DNA of 64,000 nt, from the NCBI RefSeq assembly GCF_009914755.1, contig NC_060933.1. One strand, given 5' to 3'. The notes beneath the pieces were generated by a model. The model saw only the letters and a program-made list of their open reading frames with translations. It searched no databases and had not been told where the DNA came from. Shown in pieces: positions 28,495 through 41,676 of this stretch (position 1 is the stretch's first letter; every line of letters starts with the position of its first letter). The stretch is from the human T2T-CHM13v2.0 reference genome, Homo sapiens. Made by a program: the position numbers and the translations under genes.

Positions 28495-29973
28495 TATTTT
28501 TATTACATTTAAATATACAGAGAAAATGTAGCTCTTTATTTTCTAAAGCTATACTGATATATTCCCCCATTAGCTGTTTTACAATGCTGGGTAGTGATAC
28601 TAATTTAGGTTTTCCAAGTAACAATATCTCAGTGCCTTCTACCATTCAGGTAATTAAAATATTTGTAGTTTAAACCTTCAGTATTTTCAAAGTTAACTTC
28701 TTGTCAGAGCTAGTTTAGTTGTTTTCAAATAACACAGTCCCTCCAGGTATATGATCTCTCTCTGTCTCTTTTTTTTAAATTTGGGCTCCGTTTACTATTT
28801 CTTACCCAAATAGTGTCTCAGTCTTTGAGAGAGGTTTATAGTAGTGGAGTAAGACAGCACCTCATGTGTTAGGCTGTACCCTATAGGTTCCCTTAGGTGT
28901 TACTTAAAGATTGATTAGGATGGTCTTCTCCCTAAGCTGGTGCAGCTGAGGGACAACAGGTACCATCACTTGGTATTTGCTGTTGAAGCCTGCAGCTAGT
29001 ATAAATCAGTCCAGGTCTTTCTTACTTTCATTAGAGCCCAATACCTTTCCCTGGCTGGTCTTGTTGACCTCAGCTATTTGTGCTGCTAAAACATACATAA
29101 AGGACTAGCCATAATGCTCATATAATCCCAGCCCAAGATTTCTAACCTGAAGACCTCAGCTACGAGTGGTCTGATCCTTACTCTTTTATGTGATTATATT
29201 CTAGCAAACGTCTTAGACATATTTTCAGATAACTTTTAAAATGTGTATTTCACGAGCATATAGAAATTTCCAGATTTAGCAAACACTAAATAGAAACAAT
29301 AATGCCTTAGGAAAACTAAACTCAGTCTCCCCTTCCATTGAATTATGCTTTCCTTATGAATTTATATTTATGTTTTAAACACTACTTTGGAAATATAATG
29401 TTACTACATTGAGAACTTCCAGAAAGCAGGGCAATATCTCTTCCATCTTTAGATTTTTCACATTCATTTGTATATTTTTAAAGTTGTCTTTCCTTCCAGG
29501 TTTCAAGCATAAATTGAAGAGGAGGAAAAAATTACCTTGGTATTTAACTACCATTCTGTCTTCCTTTGTTTTACTTTTTATCTCCATAATCTGACAGATA
29601 TTTAAGAGGTGGTCTTTGTACTTTCTCTTTTTCTTTCTGTAATTTTTTGCTACTTTGGGGAGTATCTTAAACACCATGATCTGAGTCATCCATTCTTATT
29701 TCTTATTGTAAAAGTACTATATAGTATGTAGTTGGAAAATCTCATATTTCTCTTTACAAAACCTAGTTTTCAAGGTATTCTCTTAATGAAGAATCCAATT
29801 TTAGGTATCAGAAGCTGAAAACTAATAGTTCTAGTTGAATCTCTAGTGAAACAAAACCCATCCCTATCCATAAGACATGTATTCTTTGGATGTATTAGAG
29901 AGAATGTCATGAATACAGAAATTCAAAAGAGACAGGAATATTTATATTTTTGAAAATATTTGTCAACCATGCT

Positions 29974-30076
29974 ACACACACACAAAGAGAGAGGGAGAGA
30001 GGGAGAGAGAGGGAGGAAGGGTGGGAGAGGGAGAGAAAGAGAGGGAGAGTGGGAGGGGGAGAGAGAGAGAGAGAAA
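29974..30076. repeat. (CA)n followed by GA-rich polypurine tract
   Basis: ~93 nt of purines with only two T, several GGG runs. Confidence 0.95.
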
Positions 30077-31971
30077 CAATATATGCTTGATTTTTTTAGA
30101 ACAAATACTCTTTCCATATTAATACTTATACTTGATTTTCTAGTTTTGTCCCTTTACGCTCACTAAAATGTTATACTCAGACTCACTCCTAAGTATCTCT
30201 CAAAGTAGTTATCACCTTCTTACACAAACCTCAATGCTACTATCTAGCTTTATCTTCTCACAACCAACACCCTTAGATCATATCACTTGATGGGGCTTGG
30301 TCAGACTAACCCAAGCTCACTTCTTAAAGGATGCATTCCAAAAATAGTATGGGTCAAATTATCCTGAGATAGTTGGATCGATAATACAGAAGGAACTGAA
30401 CATATAACATAATATGATTTAAGCAATAAAAGACCTGAGAAGTTTTAATTGGTTTTCATGAATATAAAGGGATTTCTAAGATATATTAATAATAGGAATT
30501 AAAATTCTGAATTGTTACTGACTCAGACATTATTTTCCATGAGTCTGCAGCTCTGTTAAAGAGCAATACAGGATAAATATGTGGATGAATATCAAATGAA
30601 CAAAAGAGTACAGTATCGTGGAGAATATGGTACTCAGGGAATAAATTTTAGAACCTTAGGGCTAGTTTTTTACAAAGGTGTACTTATCTGTTCTGAGGCA
30701 TTGCATAAGAGCTGGCATCCTGTTTCCGTAGTCTTAATAAGATTTATTAACATATTCAAGAAGTATATATCAAATACTTAAAATATATCAGGAGTGAGCA
30801 CATTCCAAATAGGAGAGTAAGAACATTTGAAAATCCACTCCTCCATAAGATCAATGAGAACACAGGAAAGAAATGGAAAACCCAATATTGTTAGAATGCT
30901 ACGAATTAACCAAAGTTTTGCAAAAACCCAAGGAACATTTATTCAAGAGCAAATGGTTGAATCTTGGTAAGAACAAATGAAATTCACGGTATTTCACCTG
31001 TGCTATTATTGTGCTATTATTCCAATCTCCTCAATCTCATGATACTCAAAAAAACAACAATCTTGAAACTACAGAAGCTATTTTTTAAGATCAGCCTAGT
31101 AGACACTGGAAAGAGCAGTCACTCAAAAGCCCAGTTCCCAGATTTTGTCATAATTTGACCTATCTGGCAGTTCCCTAGGGTCCTCCGCTCACATAGCTTA
31201 TTCATATCTTACATGACAAAATTCACTTCCTGTGACGAGTTTTTTACGCTATGCATTTGCTGAAACAAGTAGAAATGAATATTTAACATCATAGCTACCG
31301 GAAACAAGGATACAGAGTAAACAAGAAAGTGATTAAAACATTTAAAAAGAAAAGCTGAGGAAACAGATATCTATAGAAGGCTTTGAAAAGCTCCAACAGA
31401 TTCCTCAGAAATTAGATGTCCATGCACATGAGCAGGGATTCAAAAATACCTAGGAAAGTCCTGGCATGGTCCTAATATTTCATCTGTCTCTGATCTTGAG
31501 AGTTTCTGAAAGTAGAAATTGAAATCTAAGACAGAGTTATAAACTGCCTAAGTATTGAAGGAGTTCTCTAATATGGACTAAGAACCTATTAGTGAAGGAT
31601 GAGAGATTTGTTGGTTCAAGGCATTTAAGGCATTTATCTTCTCACAACCAACACCTTTAGCTCATATCACTTGATGGGGCTTGGTCAGACTTACCCCTGT
31701 CCAATCCCTAACTGACCACAAAACTAGCCAAGCAGAGACTGTAGTGACCACAAATAAAAAAGACTTTGCAGAATTAGTTAATGAAAGTCATTAAACAAAC
31801 AAAACAAAAATGAAACCAGCAGAAAGCAACAACATAATATCCAGTGAAATACACTTTTCAAATTATATCATTTAAAAAACACAGTTTTAAAAAATTTTAA
31901 AGTGAGTCATGCAAAGAAACAGGAAATATAATCCATACATGGAGTAAAATTATTTAATAGAAAGTGCCCCT

Positions 31972-32107
31972 TGGGAGGCTGAGGCAGGAGAATGGCGTGA
32001 ACCCAGGAGGCGGAGCTTGCAGTAAGCCAAGATCGCGCCACTGCACTCAAGCCTGGGCTACAGGCTTGAGCGAGACTCCGTCTCAAAAAAAAAAAAAAAA
32101 AAAAAAA
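31972..32107 (+). mobile_element. 5'-truncated AluY (part of right arm)
   Basis: 'agaatggcgtgaaccc...ggagcttgcag', A-tail, imperfect TSD aaagtgccccttgg / aaagggtcccttgg. Confidence 0.95.
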
Positions 32108-32854
32108 GGGTCCCTTGGAAGCCCAGATGTTGTACTTATAAAATTTTACTTATCAAATTTTAAATTATAAAAATTTAAATTTGATTGTAAATAAGATTTT
32201 AAAATGAATGTATTGGAAGGATGTTTCCCCAGATAGAATTATTAAAGAGATATAGTCATAAAAAAATAGAAATTCTGGAATTGGACTGTAAAATAACTGA
32301 TATGAAAAATTCACTAATGGAGCTCAATGGCAGATTTGAGCAAACAGAAGAAATAATCTTGAACTTGAATATAGGTCAATTGAGGTCATACAGTCTGAAG
32401 AGCAGAATGAAGAAAAAATAAGAGTATTCGAGACATATGAGACACCATTGAGCATCTCAACAGACACATAATGAAAGTCTCAGAAGAAAAGGAGAGAGAG
32501 AAAGCGACAGAAAAAGTACTTGAATTAATGGTTCCTCAAAACTTCCAAGATTTGGTAAAAAACATTTGTGTGCCCTTCCAAGAAGCACAATAAACTCCAA
32601 ATAGAATACAACCAAAGAAATCCACACACAGATATATCATTAACAAATTGTCAATAGCCAAAGGTAGAGAATTTTGAAAGTAGGAAGATAGAAGTAACTT
32701 GTTACATACAAGGAAAGTGTAATAAGATGAATAGATTTTTAAAATCAGATATCATGAAGTACAAAAGGCTGAAGAATTACCTATTTAAAATGTTCAAAGA
32801 AAATGACAGTAAACCAATAATTCTAAGCCCAGCAAAGTTATTCTTCAGCAACAA

Positions 32855-33640
32855 AAGAGACTGCTTGGAGAAATGGATAATACTAGAACTGGGTCAATAA
32901 CTATACAAGATGAAGCTAAATAAAACATTTTGTAATGTCAGAGAGCCGAGAAGTGTTTAACACACACACACACACACCACACACACACACACACACGACG
33001 ATTATGCCAAAGGGACATGGGAGTCAACTGAAAAAGTTCCCAATAGCCAAAGTTGGAACAATTTGAGTGACAAAACAACTAAATTAGTATTGAATTATCA
33101 AATAAATAAACTTTAAGACATAATGATAGAAAAATGATTAAAAAATAAGTAAATGGGAAGTATTAAATATCTTATGCACTACATTTCCACGTAATTTAGG
33201 TAGATACTCCATTCTCACAGAAGTAGAGCCTAATTTCCCACTCCCTAATTATAGGCTACACATACAGACTTATTTCCAAAGAGTATAGAAAGGTAGAATG
33301 TTGGGGTGAAGTAACTTCATAGTGGAGAAGTTTGACAAATACCCTCAGCCACATGATTATTGTTAACATTAATAGTGGTAAGTCATGTTAATAATAGCTT
33401 CCCTTGATAAAATGTGATAAAAATGACATTTTATCTCTGTTCTTTTCTGCCCCCAATCTGTGATTCCATTACAATCATGTGAATAACATTATAAACATCC
33501 CAATTGGAGCACATTTTAGAAGTGTACTTTACTACTATCAGATAGTAATATGAAAAACTGGGTGTAAGTATATGGGAAATTTATGTACCATCTTCACATT
33601 TTTCTATAAATCTACAACTGTTATAAAATTCATATTTTAA
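32855..33640 (+). mobile_element. L1MC/MD-type 3'UTR fragment nested in ORF1 of the host L1; contains (CA)n at 32960-32996
   Basis: 'gccaaagggacatgggagtcaactgaaa', 'gtaacttcatagtggagaa', terminal 'ttttctataaatctacaactgttataaaat'; host ORF1 continues after it. Confidence 0.7.
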
Positions 33641-35136
33641 AGGGAAAAATTAAGATAATTTCATATACACAAATCTAAAAGAATTTGTCCATGGCAGACT
33701 TTCCCTACAATAAATATTAAAGAGACAACTTCAGGGTAAAATGAAGGATGCTAGACAGTAACTTGTATCCATAGAAAATAAATTAATACCACTGGTAAAA
33801 ATGTAAACTACATACATAAATTTAAAGATAATTAAGTACTTTTTTGTAATTCATTTCTTTTCTTATCAGATTAAAATCAATCTGCATAAACCAATAATTA
33901 TAAAATTATGTTGATGGGCTGATAATGAATAAGTATATAATTTCCATGACAATAATAAAAAAGAAGGATTGAAGTTCTTGCTACAATTAAAATGAAGTTG
34001 GTATTAACTAAAACTAGATTGTTATAAATTATTAATGGTAATCTCCATGGCAATCATTAAAATATATGGTAAAAGAAATGACAGGAGAATTAAAATGGCA
34101 CACTGAAAAAAAACATGTTTAACTAAAAGAAGGCAGTAATGGGCATATAGGAAAACAAAAAAGACATGAGGCCAAAAGTAAAACAGCAAATAGCCAATGT
34201 AATTGATACTTTATTAATGATTACAGCAAATGGATTAAACCTTCTAATCAAAAGTCAGTCATTGGCTGACTAGATTAAGAAAAAAAGATGCTCCAACTGT
34301 ATCCTGGCTATAATTTATGCACTTAAGATACAAAGACACAAATAAGTTAAAAGTAATGGGATGAGAAATATACACCCTGCAAACAATAACCAAAGAGAGT
34401 TAACAGGATTATACTAATATCAGACCCAATAAACTTTAAGACAAAAATTTTTATTAGATGCAAAGAAGGATATTTAATAATAAATAAATAAATTTATCTG
34501 GAAGTCATAATATCTAAAGAAATATATGTGTACCTATCAAAGCCACAAAATATGTGAGGAAAACACTGACAGAATTGAAGAGAGAAATAGGTGATTGTGC
34601 AATAATAGTTGGAGATTTTAATACCCTACTTTCAATAACAGATAGGACACCTAGCCAGAAAATCAGTAACAGAATGGAAGACGTTAACATTATAAATGAA
34701 CTAGACCTAACATATAGAACACTTTACCCAACAACACCTAATACACATTATTCTCAGGTGTACATGGAATTTTCTATATATCATACATTAAGCCATAAAC
34801 AATTCACAGTAAACGTAAACGAATTCAAATCATAAAACTTATTTTTCTGACCCAGGTAGATAAAATTAGAAATAATAGAAGAATACTTAAGAAATTTACT
34901 AATATGACAAAATTAATCAAAACACTGATGAATAATGAGTCAAAGAAGAAATTATAAGGGAAATTAGAAAATATTTTGAGATAAATGAAAGTAATAAAAA
35001 ACCCAAAGCTTTTGAGAGGCAATTAAAGCAGTTCTCACAGAGATATTTGTAGCTCTGAATGTCTATATCAAAAAAGAATAAATACTTCAAATCAATAAGT
35101 TAACTTTCCACATTAAAAGTTACAAAAGTAGAAAAT

Positions 35137-38100
35137 GGGGGATTTGGGAAAGATGGCTAACTAGATACAGCAAAGTGAACAGCCACTACCGAGGGTAGAG
35201 GCTGGGACAACTGGCACACTCCTAACAGATCTTCAGAGGAAAAGCGCTAAGAGTGGATGGAGGGAATACACAGAAGCTTAGATGAAGGGGAAAGAAGATG
35301 GGAACCCTGCACTGGGCTAGTGAACACCAGGACTCATTCCTGGGCCCCAGTTACTCTGAGGGAATGAATGAGTTGAACTGGCAAGGAGCAACCTCCTCTC
35401 ACCATGGGCCTCTGGAGTCTTGGCAGGAGGGGACCCCTCAACCATCACAGACACTTGAGTTGGCAGGAAGTGAGTGATAGGGGCAGGAAGTGAGTGGTAG
35501 GGGCAGCACACCAGCCTATGCAGAGCCCAAAGAGTTTGGTACAAGATCATCTACAGCAGAGCACGGGCAGTGACACCCATCCCTCCAGGTTCGACTTGTT
35601 CCCATGGGAGACTTTGGCCCTAGAGGAACTGTAAGACTTGAACTCTGCCAGGAAGTCTTACTTATCAGATCAGATGGGTCCAGTCCTACCTGAGCACCCC
35701 TTGGTCTGCTCGCCTCTCCCAGGACCCCAGTCTGGCCATGCCTCCTTGAAGTGCAGCCTCAGGTGCCCTGGGAGCTCACATCATAGCTCCTGCACTGGTA
35801 GATCATGCCTGACCAATAGGGAGCTCCAGTGGGTCAGCCCACATGGCCATCCATCAGCCTGCCCACTTCCTTTCCCCACTGCTTCTTCTGGGCCCATGGC
35901 CACATTCCACATTGCTTTGCAATTTCATGTGGATTTTGCCTTCCCTGCCCTGCCAGCACGTTTGTGCACATATCCCCTGCCTGCTGGCGGGAGTGCACAT
36001 GAACCCTTCTCCCCTGCCATATGGCCATTGCAGTTGAAGCTTTGGGGGCACAGAGCCCTCCAGCACCATCCTCACCAGCATCCTACCCCTATGCCAACAC
36101 TGCCACCAGAGTGAAAGTAGGCATGGAGAACAGTGGACTCTCCCTCACCCTGAGCAACCACAGAGTGTGCACAGAGACCTGCACCCGCCCATGCCCTGCT
36201 TCTTTGCTAACACCACCACCAGCACAATCAGGTACACAGTCACCAGCAGGGAGCCCCTATTCTCCCCAACTGTGCTGCCCCTGCCACTTCTGTGAATGCC
36301 CACAGGAATGCAGAAACTCTGGCACCAGCTAGCACTCTGCTGGCAGCTGGCAATCATGCACTCATTGCACTGCTGCTGCCACCACCACTGCTGCTGGCAT
36401 GTGCAAACAAGGACAGATCCCATTGCCATGTCCATATGGCAGTGTTATGAGAGCACCTTGCTGCTACCAACGCAGTATATTCCTAACCTTGAGGAGCAAG
36501 AGAACAAAGTTGGGGCCCGATACAATTCCCCCAGAGTTCGTGCACACAGTCCAGGAGTTGGAAGGTAAGTCTTGGCCCCCTAATAACTTCCAGAAACAAA
36601 GTCAGTCAACTGAACCCACCTTTTACCACAATCAAACCCCCAAGGTCATCCAATAGGATAAAAGAAAATAAAACTTATCCAAGGACACCAACTTCAAAAT
36701 GGAAAGAATACCAGCTCACAAAGATAAGAAAGAACCAGTGCAATAATTCTGACAACTAAAAAGCCAGAGTGCTATCTTTCCTCCAAGTGACTGTGCTACC
36801 TCTTCAGCAAGGGTTCTAAACCAGGCTGAGATGGCTGAAATGACAGAAATAGAATTCAGAATATGGATAGGAATGAAGATCATTGAGATGTAGGAGTATT
36901 TTGAAACCCAATCCAAGGAAGCTGAGAATCACAATAAAACAATATGGTAGCTGACAGACAAAATAGCCAACATAAAAAAGAACATAACTTACCTGAGCTG
37001 AAAAACACACTACAAAAATTTCATAATGTAATCACAAATGTTAACAGCAGAATAAACCAAGCTGAGAAAAGAATCTCAGAGCTTGAAGATGGGCATTCTG
37101 AAATAACACAGTGAGAAAGAATAGAGAAAAAAGAATGAAAAGGAATGAGCAAAACCTCTGAGAAATATGGAATTATGTAAAGAGACCAAATCTATGACTC
37201 ATTGGTATCCCTGAGAAAGATGAGGAGAATGGAAGCAACTTGAAAAACATATTTCAGTATATTATCCATGAGAACTTCCCCAACCTAAGTAGAGAAGCCA
37301 ACATTTCAATTCAGGAAATACAGAAAATTCTAGTAAGATGCTTTCCAGGAAGATCATCCCCAAATACATAATCATCAGGTTCCCAAAGTTGAAATGAAAA
37401 AAAGAAATGTTAAAGGCAGCTATAGAGAAAGGTTAGGTCACCTGCAAAGGGAAGTCCATCAGACTACATCAGACCTCTCATCAGGAACCCTACAATCAAG
37501 AAGAGTTTGGGAGCCAATATTCAGCAGTCTTAAAGAAAAGAAATTCCAAACAAGAATTTCATAGGTGGCCAAACTAAGCTTCATAAGCAAAGGAGAAATA
37601 AGATCCTTTTCAGAGAAGCAAATGCTGAGTTAATTTGTTACCACCAGACCTACTTTACAACAGCTCCTAAAGGAAGCACTAAATATGGAAAAGACCATTA
37701 CCAGCCACTACAAAAACATATTTAAGTACACAGACTAATGACACTATAAAGCAACCACACAAACAATTCTGCATAACAGCCAGCTAACATCATGATGACA
37801 AGATCAAATCCACATATATCAATACTAACCTTGAATGTAAACAGGCTAAGTGTCTCAATTAAAAGGCACAGACTGGCAAGCTGGATAAAAAACGAAGACC
37901 CAAGGTTATGCTGTCTCTGAGAGACTCATCTCACATATAATGACACCCATATGTTGAAAATAAAGGGATGAAAAAAAGGTACCAAACAAATGGAAAACAG
38001 ATAAAAGTAGGGGTTGCAATTCTAATTTCAGACAAAACAGTCTTTAAACCAACAAATATAAAAAAAGACAAAGAAGGACATTGCATTATGGTAAAGGGTT

Positions 38101-41018
38101 CAATTCAATAACAAGACCTAACTATCCTAAATAAATATGCACCCTATACAGGAGCATCCAGATTCATAAAGCAAGAACTTCAAAGAGACTTAGACTCCTA
38201 CACAATGATAGTGGGAGACTTAAGCACTACACTAATAGTATCAGACAGATAATTAAGGCAGAGAATTAACAAAGATATTCAGGACCTAAACCCAACACTG
38301 GATTAAATGGACCTGATAGACATCTACAGAATTCTCCACCCCAAAGCAAGAGAATATACATTCTTCTCACTGCCACATGGCAAATACTCTAAAATTAACC
38401 ACATAATTAGACACAAAACAGTCTTCAGCAAATGCTTAAGAACTAAAATCATAAAAACCGCTTTCTCAGACCACAGCACAAACAAATTATACATTGAGAC
38501 TGAGAAATTTGCTCAAAACCATACAATAACATGGAAATTAAGTAACCTGCTCCTGAATGACTTCCGGGTAAATAATGAAATTAAGGTAGAAATCAAGGTG
38601 TTCTTTGAAACTAAACTTCAGAAATAAGAACTTCAGAACCAAGAGAAAACCAACCCCAAAGCTAAAAGAAGACAAGAAATAACCAAAATCAGAGCTGAAC
38701 TTAAGAAGACTGAGACATAAATAACCATTTAAAAGATTGATGAATCTGGGAGTTAGTTTTTTGAAAAAAATTAATAAAATAGACCACTAGCTAGACTAAT
38801 GGAGAAGAAAAGAGACAATATCTAAATAAACATAATTAGAAATGACAATGAGGATATTACCACTGATATAACCACCAAAGAATATTATGAACACTGCTAT
38901 GCACATGAACTAGAAAATTTAGAAGAAATAAATGAATTCCTGAACACACACACCCTACCCGGGCTGAACCAGGAAGAAATTGGATATCTGAAAAGACCAA
39001 TAACAAGCTCCAAAATTAAATAAGTAATAAATAGCTTACCAACCAAAAAAAAAAAAAAAAAAAAGAATTCAGGACCAAACAAATTCACAGCCAAATTCTC
39101 CAAGAGGTACAAAGAGGAGCTGGTACCATTTCTACTGAAACTATTCCAAAAATTTGAGGAGAAGGGATTCCTGCCTAACTTACTCTATGAGACCAGCATC
39201 ATCCTCATACCAAAACCTGGCAGAGACATAACAAAGAAAGAAAACTTCAGACCAATATCTTTGATGAACACTGATGCAAAAATCTGCAATAAAATACTGA
39301 CAAGCCAAATCCAGGAGCACATCAAAAAGCTCATTTACCACAGTCAAGTAGGCTTTATCCCTGGGATGCAAGATTGGTTCAATATCTGCAAATCAATAAA
39401 TGTGATTAATCACATAAACAGAACTAAAGAGGAAAATCACATGTTTATCTCAATAAACACAGAAAATGGTTTCAATAAAATTTAACACCATGTTAAAAAC
39501 TCTCAATAAACTAAATATTGAAGTTGTGTAGCATGATGCCTCCAGCTTTGTTATTTTTGCTTAGGATTGCCTTAGGTATTTGGGCTCCTTTGTTGGTTCC
39601 ATATGAATTTTAAAATAGCTTTTTCTAGTTATTTTAAAATAGTTTTTTCTAGTTATGTGAGGAATGTAATTGGTAGCTTGAAAATACCTCAAAATAATAA
39701 GAGTCATCTATGACAAACCCATAGCCAATGTCTCACTGAATGGACAAAAGCTGGAAGCATTCCCTTTGAAAACTGCCATAAGACAAGGATGTCCCATCTC
39801 AACACTCCTATTCAACATGAAATTGAAAGTCCTGGCCAGATCAATCAGGCAGGGGAAAGAAATAAAGGGCACCCAAATAGGAAAAGAGGAAGTCAAAGTA
39901 TCCCTGTTTGCAGACTATGATTCTATATAGAATCTAGAAAACCCCATAGTCTTGGCCCAAAAGCTCCTTAAGCTGATAAACAACTTCAGCAATATCTCAG
40001 GATACAAAATCAGTGTACAAAAATCACTAGCATTCCCATAAACAAAAACCCATCAAGCCGAGAGCCAAATTAGGAATTTAATCCTATTTACAATTGCCAC
40101 AAAAAGAATAAACTATCTCACAATACAGCTAACCAGGAAGGTGAAAGATCTCTATAAGGAGAGCTACAAAACACTGCTGAGAGAAATTAGAGATGGCATA
40201 AACAAATGGAAAAATCTTCCATGCTCATGGATATGAATTAATATTGTTAAAATTGCCACATTCCCCAAAGCAATTTATAGATTCAATGCTATTTATATCA
40301 AGCTACCAATTACATTCCTCACATAACTAGAAAAAACTATTGTAAAATAACTAGAAAAAACTATTTTAAAATTCATATGGAACCATCAAAAGAGCCCAAA
40401 TAGCTAAGGCAATCCTAAGCAAAAATAGCAAAGCTGGAGGCATCATGCTATACAACTTCAAACTATACTACAGGACTATAGTAACCAAAACAGCAAAACA
40501 GGACTATAGTAACCAAAACAGACACATAGACCAATGGAACAGAATAGAGAGCCCAGAAATAAAAACACACACCAACAACAATCTGATCTTTGACAGAGTG
40601 ACGAAAAAAGAAAACACGGTAAATATATGCCATAGAATACTATGCAACCATAAAAAAGAATGAGATCATGTCCTTTGTAGGAACATGGATGGAGCTGGAG
40701 GCCATTATACGTAGCAAACTAATGCAGGAACAGAAAACCAAATAACACATCTTCTCACTTATAAGTTTTAGTTAAATAATAAGAACACATAGACACATAT
40801 AGGGGAACAACAGATATAGAGACCTACTGAAGGGTGAAGGGTGGAAGAAGGGAGAGGATCAGAAAAAATAACTGATTACTAGGCTTAGGACCTGGGTAAT
40901 GTAATAATCTGTACAACAAACCCCCATGACATGATTTTACCTATATAACTAACTTGCACATTAACTTGAACTTAAAAGTTAAAAAATATTATAAAATATA
41001 ATTTTTAAATTATTTATA
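35137..41018 (+). mobile_element. Near-full-length L1 (L1PA13-15/L1PREC2-like) with internal deletions and an inverted insertion
   Basis: 5' 'aagatggctaactagatacagc'; ORF2 peptides [33 protein letters not shown]; 3'UTR 'gagaggatcagaaaaaataact...aacaaacccccatgaca'; TSD aaaagtag(a/g)aaat at 35124-35136 and 41019-41031. Confidence 0.93.
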
Positions 41019-41140
41019 AAAAGTAGGAAATCAAGAGCAACCTAAATCAAAGACTAGCAGAAGAAATTTATTAATATCAGAAGGAAAATAGATGGAAAGA
41101 AATATAGGAAAACAATAAAGAAAATCAACACAACCAAATT

Positions 41141-41520
41141 TGAATTCATAGATCCATTTAAGGAGAATTGACATTTTAACTATATTTTCTCCAATCCATA
41201 ACCCCATCATACATTTTCATTTTTATAGGTCTGTTTTTATTCATCTGTGTTTTTTAGTTTTCAGCAACATATCTTGCGAATATTGTGTTGGATTTATACC
41301 TAGGTATTTTAAGTCTTTTGCAGCTATTTTAAATAGTTCTTAAAAATTCAATTTCTAGTTTTTCATTGCTAATATAAAATTACTTTTGTATATGAACCTT
41401 GTATCCTATTAACTTAATAAGCTCATTTATTAGTTCTAGTGTTCTATTGGTGACTTTTTATTTTTATGTAGAAAACACTGCCATGTTGAAGAGAGACAGC
41501 ATTATTATTTGAGTTTTTCT
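41141..41520 (-). mobile_element. Old L1 ORF2 fragment, antisense
   Basis: 'ggagaattgacattttaac', 'gatttatacctaggtatttt', 'ctcatttattagttctag'. Confidence 0.75.
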
Positions 41521-41676
41521 TGATGTTAAGATGAGATTGATGCACTTTCTGGCTTTTTGCATCCTAGCCAGAAAGGGAGCTTTATTTCCATTATTTTTAT
41601 ATGTTATTTATTTTTGTAAGTATATTAAAACTCAAGACCATGATAGTTTCATCTTACCGTATTCATTAGCTATTTC

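Larger units (their letters stand above)
30790..35136 (+). mobile_element. Old L1M (5'UTR, ORF1, ORF2 N-terminus); resumes at 41032-41140 after a nested L1PA
   Basis: ORF1 remnant (LELDCKITDMKNSLMELNGRFEQTEE), ORF2 endonuclease remnant (IIVGDFNTLLSITDR...YRTLYPT). Confidence 0.85.

Noticed and set aside
35317-36656. Dense overlapping ORFs in GC-richer DNA (also 14613-15780 and 62425-63852)
   Set aside because: L1 5'UTRs and THE1 internal sequence; higher GC lowers stop frequency; CpG-depleted, so not CpG islands.
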